From the NCBI GenBank assembly GCA_051362555.1, contig CM120649.1, positions 5,270,001 to 5,334,000 on the forward strand: a stretch of 64,000 nt of DNA. The letters are read 5' to 3'. The DNA is from Lingula anatina. Its lineage: Eukaryota; Animalia; Brachiopoda. A model generated the notes under the pieces. The model ran no database searches and was not told where the DNA came from. It worked only from the letters and a program-made list of their open reading frames with translations. The position numbers and the translations under genes are program-made. The first letter of the stretch is position 1. Every line of letters starts with the position of its first letter. Positions 1 to 13,162 of this stretch are shown here, piece by piece.

Positions 1-707
1 CTCCTCTCTCTCTCTCTCTCTCTCCCTGCCGTTTTCTCTATTTATTTATTTAGAATGTTCACTATTGTCTAAGTGCATGTGTATGTGTGTGTGTGCGCGC
101 GTGCGCCCGCCAGAGAGTCGGCTTGTGGGTGTACGGAACTAAGAAAAGAACTGGCATTTATTTGCAGTATTAAAACTATCTTCAGATCTATTTGACCAGT
201 GGATGGAGGACCATAAGTGTGTTGCAAGACGCGGGGCGGTATGTCAGCATGACGGCCTGTATTGCAGTGGGTATTACGAGACAGGACTGTGTGGAGGGGG
301 TACACGTCGAAGATGCTGTATTCCCGGCTCTGGTGTGTTTACTGACATCTCTTTATAATTTGTTTACTTTCTTTAAGTCCTGCACAAACTCCAGAATATC
401 GGTAGAAGTAACGATATTTTGAGACCATAATCTCATGATAATTCTTTACTGGTAGCTTGGTCAGTTATTTCATAACTGAATCTTGATATTTTTTGCGTGA
501 TGTGCCGAATGCCTTTAGCTGACGTGGAAGGAACACAGGACGGGAGCATTATAGAGTATGAAAATATATATAATTTTGTTGACTTTTCCTTTGCTTTGTT
601 TTGCTTTGTTATGTGTGCACAACGCCTGGGACTTCTTTATAGATACTTTTTTAACAACAGAAACATCAAAATATCTTAATTCTCCTTTTATTAATTTCTG
701 TTCTCAG

Positions 708-844
708 CGGACAGATTGTGCCTAAGGGAGTGGGGCACATGCCAGTTCAAAGGAGAAACATATTGCCCTTTTCCCTATGCAACAGGTATATGTGGCGGAC
801 CACCACGCAGAATGTGCTGTGTACACCGCCCGAATCCGGACTAA
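708..844 (+). CDS. Beta-defensin-like 6-Cys secreted peptide, copy A, last coding exon (signal exon upstream of the window)
   Basis: Acceptor TTCTGTTCTCAG at 696-707. Phase-1 frame reads ADRLCLREWGTCQFKGETYCPFPYATGICGGPPRRMCCVHRPNPD*, with spacing C-x6-C-x7-C-x8-C-x7-CC. Paralogue of 26957-27093. Confidence 0.85.
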
Positions 845-2362
845 CTGCGCATGTTCAACCCACTAAGCAACTTAGCGTTGCGCAATTTCGTGAGTTTCAT
901 TTGAATTCAATTTTAACGCTTTAAAGAAACCAAAGGGTGAAACCTGAATATTTCGCTTGAGTAGGAAATATTTTTAAGGTCTGAAATTCTATATAAAGGT
1001 CTTCCTCCCCATCACGGCTGTAGAGTTATGTTTCGGCAATAAATTTCATCTTTGTTTTATATATTTCGTTTTGTCGTAAATGGTGAGGTGAGTGCGTGCG
1101 TGCTTGCCATCGTGACGGAAATGGAACGCATGTTGAGATTGTGGAATTTTAGCAAATACAAAATGAGAGAACCATCAGAATCACAGAATCGGATTTACAA
1201 GCATCTAAGGCCGGATCCAAGCCTTTCGGTGACGACATTACTTTTTAAATAAATATTGTTTTATACTTCTCTCATATCCTCTTACTTGTTCCATAATTTC
1301 CTTTATGCCATGCAAATATAATTCTTCTTAATTTTTATTAAAACTATTTCCAGAACATGAGATTATTTTACTCTGGCTGCTTGACCCCCCTCTCCCGTGG
1401 TATCCTAAACACGTGCTTAGCTTGCTATTACATTTATCTGACCCTGCTTTATAACATTGAAAAGAAAGAAAATTGTCATTTATCACTTTTCATAACTTTT
1501 GGAATAAAACCATTAAGCAGGACTAAAGTGAAGCACACAACTGAAGAAAAAAGACAACTTTTTCATCGCGCAAAAAAAGAAAAAATATTTACCAGTTGTT
1601 TCCCTTATCAGAGTTTATTACTGCAATACAATAATCAACCATAATTCAAGCGCAAAGCACCAGCTATAAAAATGCTTCAATTCAACATATAATAGAAATG
1701 TCAAATGTAATGGCATTATCTTTGTTTACCGTTGAGACGTTTCTAACTGTGGAAGATCCATGCTTTCCTGTCGTTTCAGATCGGTACCTATGAGTAAAAA
1801 CAAAAAGAAAACAGTAAAAGAGACGTACAAACCGTTCTTTAAGGGGTTTATTTTATACATGTATGTTATAAATGCCTACGTTTAGTAAGAAATCTCCCCC
1901 TCTCCTTCCGTTTCCTTTAGGTCGAATATATGTATTAGTGTAATGAATTAAACTCTTTTAAACTGCAAACTTCTTTTTTTCTTTTATTTTATTCACCAAC
2001 CCACGCGCTGCCATGCACATATAGCGCGGCCGAGCATTTGTCGTCAATGTACTTTTTTCGTTAACCAAGCTTCTTTGTCAATTGGTGTGAGAAATTGGTC
2101 AGTTTCTGACGTACAAACGCTACAAAGTAAGATTTATCATGAAATGTTGGAGTCAGCACTGTGACTATTAATTGCGTGGTACACTTACATGTACCGGTAC
2201 ATTCCACCAAACCGTGCAGTCCATACATACATGTAGGCCTATCATTATTTGATGCAATAAATCAGCCAACTTCATTCCTAGACATAAAATGGTACTTTTA
2301 AATCACTTTAATACAATATCAGCCTTGTCTACAAACGGTAGGCCTACCTTTTTTTATTCATT

Positions 2363-3603
2363 TCAAAAAAATTGTTTGACGTCCCGTTCACTGGCCATCT
2401 GTCGGTTTCCGGACGTACTGCGCCTGCGCCGCCATCCGGAGTTCAGATCAGCCATGTCGCCGACATCCACGTCTTCCTTCAGTGAGTGTCCGCGGTTGGT
2501 GCTCTGGTATAGGGGAAGGGGATAGTCCAAGTAATCTGTAAAATAAATATGCTGTTTTTAAAAATCCAAAAGAATTATAATTATAGCACGCAGGGGCTAT
2601 ACAGATAAGTTAAAAACATTTCTGCCTTTCCTTTCACTATAAATTTCAAGTAGCAAAATTGAAAATAACGGATCAAAAAGAAAGAGTAGGCTATACTATG
2701 TGTTCCTCCTACGGATACACTGTGCTGAATGAAATAATGTACAAACTCATGGGGCACCACCCTGAATGAAAAGTTATCATATATGCAAATGAATGTCCAT
2801 TGCATTAGATGAGCCGGTTCACCCGGCTCCCCAACCTCAATTAAAGTAAACTAAACCTTACAGTTATTTTTGTGGAAGAGCATGCATGCCATTTTTGTGG
2901 AAGAGCATGCATGCCATTTGCTGCGGTCAAAGATATGTTAAAGACAAAATCGACCAATTGGTAGGCCTAACATATTTCAAACTATCAATTACAATTTTGC
3001 GTGCTGACCCTTCTCTTTAAGATAAATAAAATATTCCGAATGTAATCGATGACTTATAGACTTTCCATTATAGAATGATTTACTTTTTAAGTCAATCTGA
3101 GATCGGTTAAGGAAAGATTAGGGTACTTGTACCGGCGTCTAAAGTGTATGTACCGTTCGAAGTTTGTTACCAACAATTAAAGAACACTCTAGATTACAAG
3201 AGATGAGAGTTAGTCCGCCCAGATGCAAGGTATAATAGTGGGTGAAATGATATCGACACCTTGCATAGCACGAGTGAATTTAATTTGAATACGACCTTCA
3301 CGTAAACCAAAAGGGTAAGAAGTCATTTTCAAACCACCAGTCCTGAGAGCGTGATATTTATTATAAGTGCGAAACAAACATGGTTTTCTTTAAAGCATTC
3401 CCTTGTATTGAGTTCCCGTAACGTTAACTTGATAACCAATCAGCAAGTTGAAAATACATTAAAATACAGATATAACATATAATCATCATTTCAAAACGTG
3501 TAAGGAACTTACTTCTCTTCCTTTCGACATTTTCCGCCTCAACCGTCAATAACACAGTCAACGTCAAGATTACAAGACAGCAGATCTGTAACATTCTTGC
3601 CAT
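2363..3603 (-). CDS. Secreted prepropeptide (87 aa), copy A, 2 exons
   Basis: Exons 3603-3513 and 2535-2363, GTAAGT donor, TTTTACAG acceptor, phase 1. Protein: MARMLQICCLVILTLTVLLTVEA-ENVERKR-NYLDYPLPLYQSTNRGHSLKEDVDVGDMADLNSGW-RRRR-STSGNRQMASERDVKQFF*. AATAAA follows the stop. Exon 2 differs from copy B only at silent sites. Confidence 0.88.
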
Positions 3604-3698
3604 TGAAATTTCGTGTCGATTACCGCCTAGGTGTCTCTAGCGCTTGTTCTTTTCAGCTGAAGTATAGCCGCCTGTAACAACGGCGATTTCCAGCTCTC

Positions 3699-3710
3699 TT
3701 TATATATATA
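3699..3710 (-). promoter_or_regulatory. Putative TATA box of the prepropeptide gene, copy A
   Basis: TATATATAAAGAG on the minus strand ~100 nt upstream of the ATG, conserved in copy B at ~30027-30036. Confidence 0.6.
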
Positions 3711-6104
3711 TCGTAGCGAGGTTCATTCGACATCGTGCAGCCTAATTTTCCGTAAGGTAAAAATAATAACGACCACCTGAGCCGTGTAATTTTCATTGAA
3801 AATCTTACTTGATGGTTATATTTGAACAATTCTAAATAGCTACAGCAATTGATGCGTTCGGGCAGATAAACGTATGAAAGATTATGCATATGATAATTTC
3901 TACGTTGTATTAATTCAATTGACTGCTTAGACATCATTATTTCACGAGTGTAACTACACCCTGGAGTCATATTATTTTAAATCAGATAATTGTAATCGCG
4001 AAATGATCTGCAACCGCCGTTAATGAAGTGAGTAACGTTTTATTTTACGCCGTAGTTTCAAGCCAAACAGACCTTGAAAATTCATAAATGAGGAGAAAAT
4101 TAATTTGGAAAATCACTTACTCAAGCCAGTGGTGGGTTGAATCTCGTGGTAATTAGAACCCACTCGAAAACAGAAACCTCTTAAACGTCGTGTCATGCAT
4201 CAAGTTCAATAAAAAAGAAAAAAGGGGGCGTCTATACATGCTCTACACACCTATAAATTCTTCTAATATATACTTATTCTAAATCGCCATCAGTGGCAAA
4301 TGGAGGCATGTGAATTCGCCCCAGCCCAAGCAGTGGACGATGTGCCGCAGAACTCGGAAGTCTGTAAAAGAGGTTACACACTATAGAAAATGAATAGGGC
4401 ATGGGATGAAATGAGATAATCATGCGAAAGTAAAAGTGAAATGAACGTAGAATTTTCTGAGATTGCACCGCCGTTTTTAATATCATAGCCGAACAGGGAG
4501 GGATTCCAGTCCTAGGATCAAATATGTGCGTACCTGAGTGTGTGCTCTTGTGCACGCATTCTAACCGAGGACACACACCCGCCCGAAACCCACTAACCGA
4601 GGACACACCTCCAACCGAGGACGTCCTCGGTTGACATAAGCAGTGGAATGCATAAAGGGGCCCATTTCAAGTTAGGTGGTGAAATTTGACGCTATTCTGA
4701 GCCAGTCCTCGGTTATGCTGTATAGCGCGGGCCAAATTCCCGCCACGAGTGTATCAGAAATACTGTCCAACTTTTTGTCTGAAATCGGGCTATACACACG
4801 CGTCCTCGGTTGTGCTGTAAAGGGCGAACCAAATTCCGCGTCCTCGGTTGTGCTGTAAAGGGCAGACTAAACTGAAACTAATGTTATATCTCAGATGTCT
4901 ATATATTCAGTAAGTTCATATTTTTAAACTAAAGGTCTTTTTTTATCAAATTAAGCTCTCCTAGGCCGTTACGTAACTACATAACTATCATCGCACTGTA
5001 CATATTACGGCACGCTTCTTTATTAGTACAACTGACTTGGAGTGGTTTAAATAAAGAAGAACTGTCTGAATTTGTGGCTCACTCGGTAGATCTTAGGACC
5101 GACAATCTTTTGAGGGTGCAAGAATTACTCTGAAGTATCAAATAAACGTACCGGTACGTTAATTAATTTTCCAAATTTCTTCCCGCCGGTACGCTCCATT
5201 TTCACCCAGTACGCTTATTAATTTTTCAAAAATCTTCCACCCGGTATGTTTATTAAATACATATTGTACCGGTGGGAAATTACACAAGTACAAGTCACGC
5301 TTTTTATTTTCTTAAATTGAAGTATAATGAGAAGAAAATTGAGATCTCAACTCATTACCGACTGTTCTACCAACAGCACTGGAAAGTAGGTCAAGCGGAA
5401 GTCGCTCTCTGAACACAATAGTACATGCGTCACCTGATTTCAGTTCCAATAAATAGACGTGCTTTCCCTTCAACAGTGACAACTACTCATGTACATCGAT
5501 CGAATGATGCAATGTCACAAGGTGATAGGATCATATTTATAGCTAAGGAGGTCATTTCAAGTGCAGCAAAGAAGTTGTGCCTGTTTTCAAACGTCAATTA
5601 TTTCATGCCGATTTATGATTTAAACGATGTTAAATCACATTTCTATGTAAGATAAACCCTTAGGAGTTTACAGGTATGCAAAACGAACCTTATATCTGAG
5701 AATAAATTTACTATGAATAACGTCTCGGTATGGCTCTCGGAGGCGGCTTAGGTGCGACATATCTGGGTCTTCGGCCCCTGACGATTATGAAATTTAACTC
5801 ATGGCAAATATATATATATATATATACTGTATATATATATATTTTTTAATAAATTAGATATCCCGTTTTTAAGATAAATTATAATACTGAGTGAATTTTA
5901 CCTGGTGAATTTTATTTTTTTTTACAATGATCAATAGCTAGCTTTTTTCTTTCTCTTCTTCTTCTTTACTTTTATTTATTTATTTCATTTTTTTCTTTGG
6001 GGGGGGAGTGGTGCAAAGGTTTTTTACACCCAGTACTTTTATTCCATCAGTTCTTTTATTCGATACTTCAGAGTAAATGAAAAGGGTAAATGGATCGTCC
6101 GTAA

Positions 6105-6317
6105 ACCCCCTTTACACTGGGGCGGCGTCCTTTGTGCGACCAAGAAACTGGCATCACTGTGGTCGTAGAAAGGAGGTACAAGCATTGCGTTGGTTGAAAA
6201 AAAATGAATATTTGGTGATTGGCCAGTTGTCAGAAAGTTAAGTATTATAATTTTGTACTCTCAAATGGATCCGTACTACAGGACGCAGAAAGGACGCCGT
6301 CCAGTGTAAAGGGCCCC
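6105..6317. mobile_element. Small MITE (~210 bp)
   Basis: Imperfect terminal inverted repeats CCCTTTACACTGG..CGGCGTCCTTT and AAAGGACGCCGTCCAGTGTAAAGGG. Confidence 0.6.
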
Positions 6318-6834
6318 TTAGCTAACTATGAATTAATCTACCCCTGACAGTTTGAAGAAGGCTATGACATTATGAAACATTTATTATTACATAATGGCTC
6401 TGCGAACTACAGTCACTTCTTTTCACCTGTAGATCTGACCTGTTTGTTATACACCTGGCTGCTAGAATAAATACTAAATCTAACAACTGAAGTGAAATTA
6501 TATTTTGAATGGGCCCCTGTCGGTCCATGTCGCTAACACAGAGCACACATATTCATAAACACCGCATTTGCAAGAACCGCTTTGTGAAATAAAAAAAGAA
6601 AAAAAAAGACGCCCCGACAATTACGCGTCCTGATATATAGGCCTACAGTTCGGATATGCACACGGCAAAAACGATTAAGGGACCGTTCCCAGATCCTATC
6701 GTACTAACTATGGATCGATCTCTCCCAGAAGGAATGCTATATAAATTGCAATCAACGTAATCAGTGTGATCTGGCCAATTTTACAAAGTTGCTGTTTTTC
6801 CCTTTTCTCAGCATAATATTATATGCGATGCAAC

Positions 6835-9800
6835 ATTTTAAAGAGAACCGATAGGTCTATTTTCATGAAACTCACAGAACTGATGAATATTAGTTAAACG
6901 CAGGTCAAGTTTGAAAATCTTCATAATGGGCTGCTTTTTTTTTTCAGAAAATTTGCTGTTGTTTTTGCTTTTTTCAGCATACATGCAACACTGTAAACAC
7001 AGTTCAAGGAGAAGCAATAGGTCTATTGTCATGAAACTCACAGAACTGATGATTATTAGTAAAAGGGTTGTCAAGATCAAAAATCGGCATATCTGGGCCA
7101 TTTTTTGTCAAAAGTTATGCTGTTTTTTTTTCTGCCATTTTCAGCATATAAGTAACACTGTAAGCACATTTCAGGGAGAACCGATAGGCCTGTTGTCATT
7201 AAACTCACAGGAGTGATCAGTGTTACCAATATACAAATCAAGTTTGAAAATAGGATTGATTGGTTGAGTTCTGAGGGACTTCAGCTTTTATTTGTATATA
7301 AGTGGTTTTCCTCAGATTTGATTGTCAGGCATGTTGACAGTTTCGTTATTGAATTAACTAGATATGTAAATATGTTAGTGTTTGTCTGAAATTTTCTGCA
7401 TCTTTACAACATTGCTAGTTGATTATATAAATATGACGGTAAACATGTTATCATGTACTGTGTAATACAGTGTCTCAAAATGGAGGCAATTGGGTGATTA
7501 TTTTCAAAAGTTTTGCATTTTTTCTCCTTTTTTCATTGTACATGCAACACTGTAAACACATTTCAAGGAGAACCAATAGGCCTCTTTTCATGAAACTCAC
7601 AGAACTGATTATTATAAGTAAAAGAATGGTCAAGATTGAAAATCAGCATGACCAGGCCCTTTTCTTTCAAATGTTATGCTGTTTTTTTTTTCAGCATATA
7701 AGTAACACTGTAAGCACATTTCAGGGAGAACCAATAAGCCTGTTTTCATGAAACTCACAGGAGTAATCAATGTTATCTATATACAAATCAAGTTTAAAAA
7801 TAAGATTGATTGGTTGAGTTTTGAGGGACTTCAGCTTTTATTTGTATATAAGTGGTTTTCCTCAGATTTGATTTTCAGGCATGTTGACAGTTTCGTTATT
7901 GAACTAACTAGATATGTAAATATGTTAGTGTTTGTCTGAAATTTTCTGCATCTTTACAACATTGCTAGTTGATTATATAAATATGACGGTAAACATGTTA
8001 TCATGTACTGTGTATTACAGTGTCTCAAAATGGAGGAAATGGGGTGATTATTTTCAAAAGTTTTGCATTTTTTTCTCCTTTTTTCAGTGTACATGCAACA
8101 CTGTAAACACACTTCAAGGAGAACCAATAGGCCTGTTTTCATGAAACTCACAGAACTGATGATTATTAGTAAATTAAAAAGAATGATCAAGATTGAAAAT
8201 CAGCATGACCAGGCCCTTTTCTTTCAAATGTTATGCTGGTTTTTTTTAAGCATATATGTAACACTGTAAGCACATTTCAAGGAGAACCAATAAGCCTGTT
8301 TTCATGAAACTCACAGAACTGATGATTGTTAGTAAAAGAATGGTCAAGATTGAAAATCAGCATGACCAGGCCCTTTTCTTTCAAATGTTATGCTGGTTTT
8401 TTTTCAGCATATATGTAACACTGTAAGCACATTTCAAGGAGAACCAATAAGCCTGTTTTCATGAAACTCACAAAACTGATGATTATTAGTAAAAGAATGG
8501 TCAAGATTGAAAATCAGCATGACCAGGCCCTTTTCTTTCAAATGTTATGCTGTTTTTTTTAAGCATATAAGTAACACTGTAAACACATTTCAGGAAGAAC
8601 CAATAACTTAAAGCCTGTTTTCATGAAACTCACAGAACTGATTATTATGAGTAAAAGAATGGTCAAGATTGAAAATCAGCATGACCAGGCCCTTTTCTTT
8701 CAAATTTTATGCTGTTTTTTTTTCATCATATAAGTAACACTGTAAGCACATTTCAGGGAGAACCAATAACTTAAAGCCTGTTTTCATGAAACTCACAGAA
8801 CTGATGATTATTAGTAAAAGCATATTAGTAACACTGTAAGCACATTTCCGGGAGAACCGATAGGCCTGTTGTCATTAAACTCACAAGAGTGATCAATGTT
8901 ATCTATATACAAATCAAGTTTAAAAATAAGATTGATTGGTTGAGTTTTGAGGGACTTAAGCTTTTATTTGTATATAAGTGGTTTTCCTCAGATTTGATTG
9001 TCAGGCATGTTGACAGTTTCGTTATTGAACTAACTAGATATGTAAATATGTTAGTGTTTGTCTGAAATTTTCTGCATCCTTACAACATTGCTAGTTGATA
9101 AAATAAATATGACGGTAAACATGTTATCATGTACTGTGTAATACAGTGTCTCAAAATGGAGGAAATGGGGTGATTATTTTCAAAAGTTTTGCATTTTTTT
9201 TCTCCTTTTTTCAGTGTACATGCAACACTGTAAACACACTTCAAGGAGAACCAATAGGCCTGTTTTCATGAAACTCAGAGAACTGATGATTATTAGTAAA
9301 TTAAAAAGAATGATCAAGATTGAAAATCAGCATGACCAGGCCCTTTTCTTTCAAATGTTATGCTGGTTTTTTTCAGCATATATGTAACACTGTAAGCACA
9401 TTTCAAGGAGAACCAATAAGCCTGTTTTCATGAAACTCACAGAACTGATGATTATTAGTAAAAGAATGGTCAACATTGAAAATCAGCATTACCAGGCCCT
9501 TTTCTTTCAAATGTTATGCTGTTTTTTTAAGCATATAAGTAACACTGTAAGCACATTTCAGGAAGAACCAATAACTTAAAGCCTGTTTTCATGAAACTCA
9601 CAGAACTGATTATTATGAGTAAAAGAATGGTCAAGATTGAAAATCAGCATGACCAGGCCCTTTTCTTTCAAATGTTATGCTGTTTTTTTTTCAGCATATA
9701 AGTAACACTGTAAGCACATTTCTGGGAGAACCGATAGGCCTGTTGTCATTAAACTCACAAGAGTGATCAATGTTATCTATATACAAATCAAATTTAAAAA

Positions 9801-10700
9801 TAAGATAGATTGGTTGAGTTCTGAGGGACTTCAGCTTTTATTTGTATATAAGTGGTTTTCCTCAGATTTGATTGTCAGGCATGTTGACAGTTTCGTTATT
9901 GAATTAACTAGATATGTAAATATGTTAGTGTTTCTCTGAAATTGTCTGCATCTTTACAACATTGCTAGTTGATTATATAAATATGACGGTAAACATGTTA
10001 TCATGTACTGTGTAATACAGTGTCTCAAAATGGAGGAAATGGGGTGATTATTTTCAAAAGTTTTGCATTTTTTCTCCTTTTTTTCAGTGTACATGCAACA
10101 CTGTTAACATATTTCAAGGAGAACCAATAAGCCTGTTTTCATGAAACTCAGAGAACTGATGATTATTAGTAAATTAAAAAGAATGATCAAGATTGAAAAT
10201 CAGCATGACCAGGCCCTTTTCTTTCAAATGTTATGCTGTTTTTTTTTATTTTTTTTTTTTTTCAGCATATATGTAACACTGTAAGCACATTTCAGGGAGA
10301 ACCAATAACTTAAAGCCTGTTTTCATGAAACTCACAGAACTGATGATTATTAGTAAAAGCATATTAGTAACACTGTAAGCACATTTCAGGGAGAACCGAT
10401 AGGCCTGTTGTCATTAAACTCACAAGAGTGATCAATGTTATCTATATACAAATCAAATTTAAAAATAAGATTGATTGGTTGAGTTTTGAGGGACTTCAGC
10501 TTTTATTTGTATATAAGTGGTTTTCCTCAGATTTGATTGTCAGGCATGTAAACAGTCTCATTATTGAATTTACTAGATATGTAAAATGGGTTGTTTGACA
10601 ATTTCTGCGTCTTGACAATATTGCTAGTTGATTATATAAAAATGGTGGTAAACCTGTTATCTTGTATTATGTAAAAAAAGTGCCAAAATGGAAATGAACT
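6835..10700 (+). repeat. Composite tandem array of ~120-bp subunits with longer recurring blocks
   Basis: Recurring GAGAACCAATA(A/G)GCCTGTTTTCATGAAACTCACAGAACTGATGATTATTAGTAAAAG units, interleaved with a longer block containing GATTGGTTGAGTT..GGGACTTCAGC (~7257, 7808, 8934, 9808, 10473). Confidence 0.9.
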
Positions 10701-11737
10701 CGTATCATTGTAGTTTGTCAGATTCAATCATTCACAATGTTCGGAATGGAGGAAATTGGACATTTAAACTTGTTATATTGATATTTTTGCCATCTCAACA
10801 ATTTTCTTAGTTGATCATGTGAAATGGCAGTAAACTGTATTATTTTATGTAAAAAAGTTAAAAATGGAAAGAAACCCATTTCAGTACAGTGCTCTCTTGT
10901 ATACATTTAGCATTTTCAAAGTATGACTTTGGAGTTCCATGAACCTGAAAACCTTTGCTAGTCACATTTTCTGAATATTCATGATACTAATATTTTATTA
11001 TAAAAAATTGATGACCATTATGCTGTTAAGCATTATATAATATTGCATCAAATTGGAAGAAAGCACAATTTTGGGTGCTGCTGGCATGATGTCCTCAATT
11101 GTAAGATTGTGTACTGTTCAAGTCTGTATCCAATGGACGACACTTTGTGTTATCAAAATACAAAATTCATGATAATAAAAGAGTGCTAAATAGAAAATAA
11201 GCATTATGAAAATAAAATGTTTGAAAACGAATTTCTTTGGTCTTTTATTTTATTTCATCAGTATCCTTTCTTTTCCTAAATTAATTGATGTTTTATCTCA
11301 TAATCTTCAATTCTAAAAAAGTGGCAAAGCCCAGCATTAAATATTGTATAACTGTTCATTTAATCATCACCTCTGGTGTTATTTTGGAATTTACCTTAAA
11401 TATGAAAGAATTTCATAAAAATGTGAATTGCTGCAAAGTAACGCTATATAAAATTTGCTTTGCATTAAAAGTACAATCATTATTACATGTAGATGCATGC
11501 ATGTCCTCTGTTGTAATGTGTAGTGTCTGTCCGTGTGTGTGTCCGTGTGTGTCCTCGGTTAGAATGTAAAATTCTTGTCAGCAAAAAATTAGTTTTTATA
11601 AAAAATTAATTTATAACATTCATACTCAAATAGATTTTACCCTAAATTGAATGTTTTTATTTTGATTTAACCAAGGAATAAGATGTCCTCGGTTGTATGG
11701 TGTTGTGCTGATGTCCTCGGTTGGTACACATAGACAA

Positions 11738-11773
<36 letters not shown>

Positions 11774-11945
11774 AGTGGGGGGGGGGGGGGGGGGGGAGGG
11801 GGGGGGGGGTTGGCGGTTGTGACAAAATTGTGTCCGTTATCACAACTAGTGCAATCTTACAGGTGGTGATAAACGAAACAGCGCTGTATGTATACAAGGT
11901 AAAAATTGGTCAAATTTCAAGAAGATGATTTTGGTAAAAAGTTAA

Positions 11946-12283
11946 AGGGATAATAACTCTTCGTATGAGATCTATATTTCACAATAAAAACATTGTGAAT
12001 AACTCATACAAATATAACATATTCTGTTTTACCACAAAAACGGCAGTTATAGCTATTATTCTGATATCTGAGCTTGTCTTCAGACCACGTGACCTCCATT
12101 GATGACTATACTCTGTCATAATCTCCTAAAAGATTTTAACAAAAAATCCAAACTTTATAGCAAAAAGCCAGGGACTAACTCTGAATGTAAAATGGATTCA
12201 TTTACCATTGGTAAGTATACGAAAATTGCTGTTTACTCCAGGAAAATTCATTTTTTTGGCCAAAACGATGAGTTATTATCCCT
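11946..12283 (+). mobile_element. Kolobok-like MITE (338 bp) with TTAA target site
   Basis: TIRs AGGGATAATAACTC and GAGTTATTATCCCT, flanked by TTAA and GTAA. The empty site in copy B (~31099) has a single TTAA. TTAA with RR..YY ends fits Kolobok better than piggyBac. Confidence 0.8.
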
Positions 12284-12851
12284 GTAAGAGATTAACTCAA
12301 GTGCACTGGTACACTATACGCGTTTGAGAATTGCCGAAAATTCTATTTTCGGTCCTCAAAGCTATTTATCTTCCTAATTCAGACCTTAAAAACTCCCCCC
12401 CCCCAAAAAAAAAAAAATTAATAAATAAATAATAACTAAATAAATAAAATAGACCCTTCTGAAATGTTCTGTAAGACATGGTTTTCTTAATGACTGCTCA
12501 GCTTCTCGCAAACAGAAACTTATGTCGTCTGTGATAATTAGAAACTAGAATCGTTTATGCGGGGTAGGGGGAGTGCAGGGAGGGAGGGGGGGGGGTGTCG
12601 GCCTCTACGGTCGTACAATTTGATAGATCGCGGAGAAAACCCGGAGGCTCCTCGGTGTCTCGCCTCGCTGTACGGTGTTTTAAATAAGATTTCGTCTTAT
12701 TTTCAAAACCTGGTATTTCAGAAATATTACATTGTAGTCCATTGGTTGATGCGTGGATCAGGGGAAGATGGCTAGCTGGTCAAATGTTCTGGGTCGGTGA
12801 AAAATCCGTGGAGGTTCCTGGGTATCAATAAGCAACAAGTGTCAATGATTG

Positions 12852-12892
<41 letters not shown>

Positions 12893-13162
12893 TAATAGCC
12901 CCATAATTAGGAAGACAAATTATCTTTCTCATCCACATGTTTATATTTCACTGACTACTGTGAAATGCACTGTTTCCAATTTCGGTAACCAATCAGAGAA
13001 AAACCATCAACACATCAAATTCGAAATTAAAATGATCGATAGAATAGAATCAAAAGCAACGTATAGATTACTGGCATGTACACATCAGCTACGATGCCAA
13101 ATTTAAATTTATTTCATAAAACGTCGATAACAGACAGAATATCATAAAGATATTTAAGCACT

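Larger units (their letters stand above)
4557..11730. mobile_element. ~7.2-kb non-autonomous inverted-repeat element with nested repeats, copy A only
   Basis: Absent at the matching copy B site (~30905-30960). Perfect 22-bp inverted repeat CATTCTAACCGAGGACACACAC at 4557-4578 and 11545-11566. Multiple subterminal AACCGAGGAC/GTCCTCGGTT motifs at both ends. No transposase ORF seen, and exact termini are uncertain. Confidence 0.7.

Noticed and set aside
192-422. 76-aa ORF conserved at 26431-26661
   Set aside because: Lies in the defensin-like gene intron. Conservation is explained by the duplication, and there are many amino-acid changes with no clear splice support.
718-924. 68-aa ORF in the track (and its twin at 26967-27173)
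   Set aside because: Wrong frame. The spliced phase-1 frame gives the 6-Cys peptide joined to a signal-peptide exon.
2289-2525. 78-aa plus-strand ORF
   Set aside because: Antisense to prepropeptide exon 2. The paralogue substitutions are all silent in the minus-strand frame, which also has splice and polyA signals.
6835-10700. Repeat array as a CRISPR array or repeat-protein gene
   Set aside because: No unique spacers or cas genes, eukaryotic context, and short ORFs broken by variable poly-T runs.
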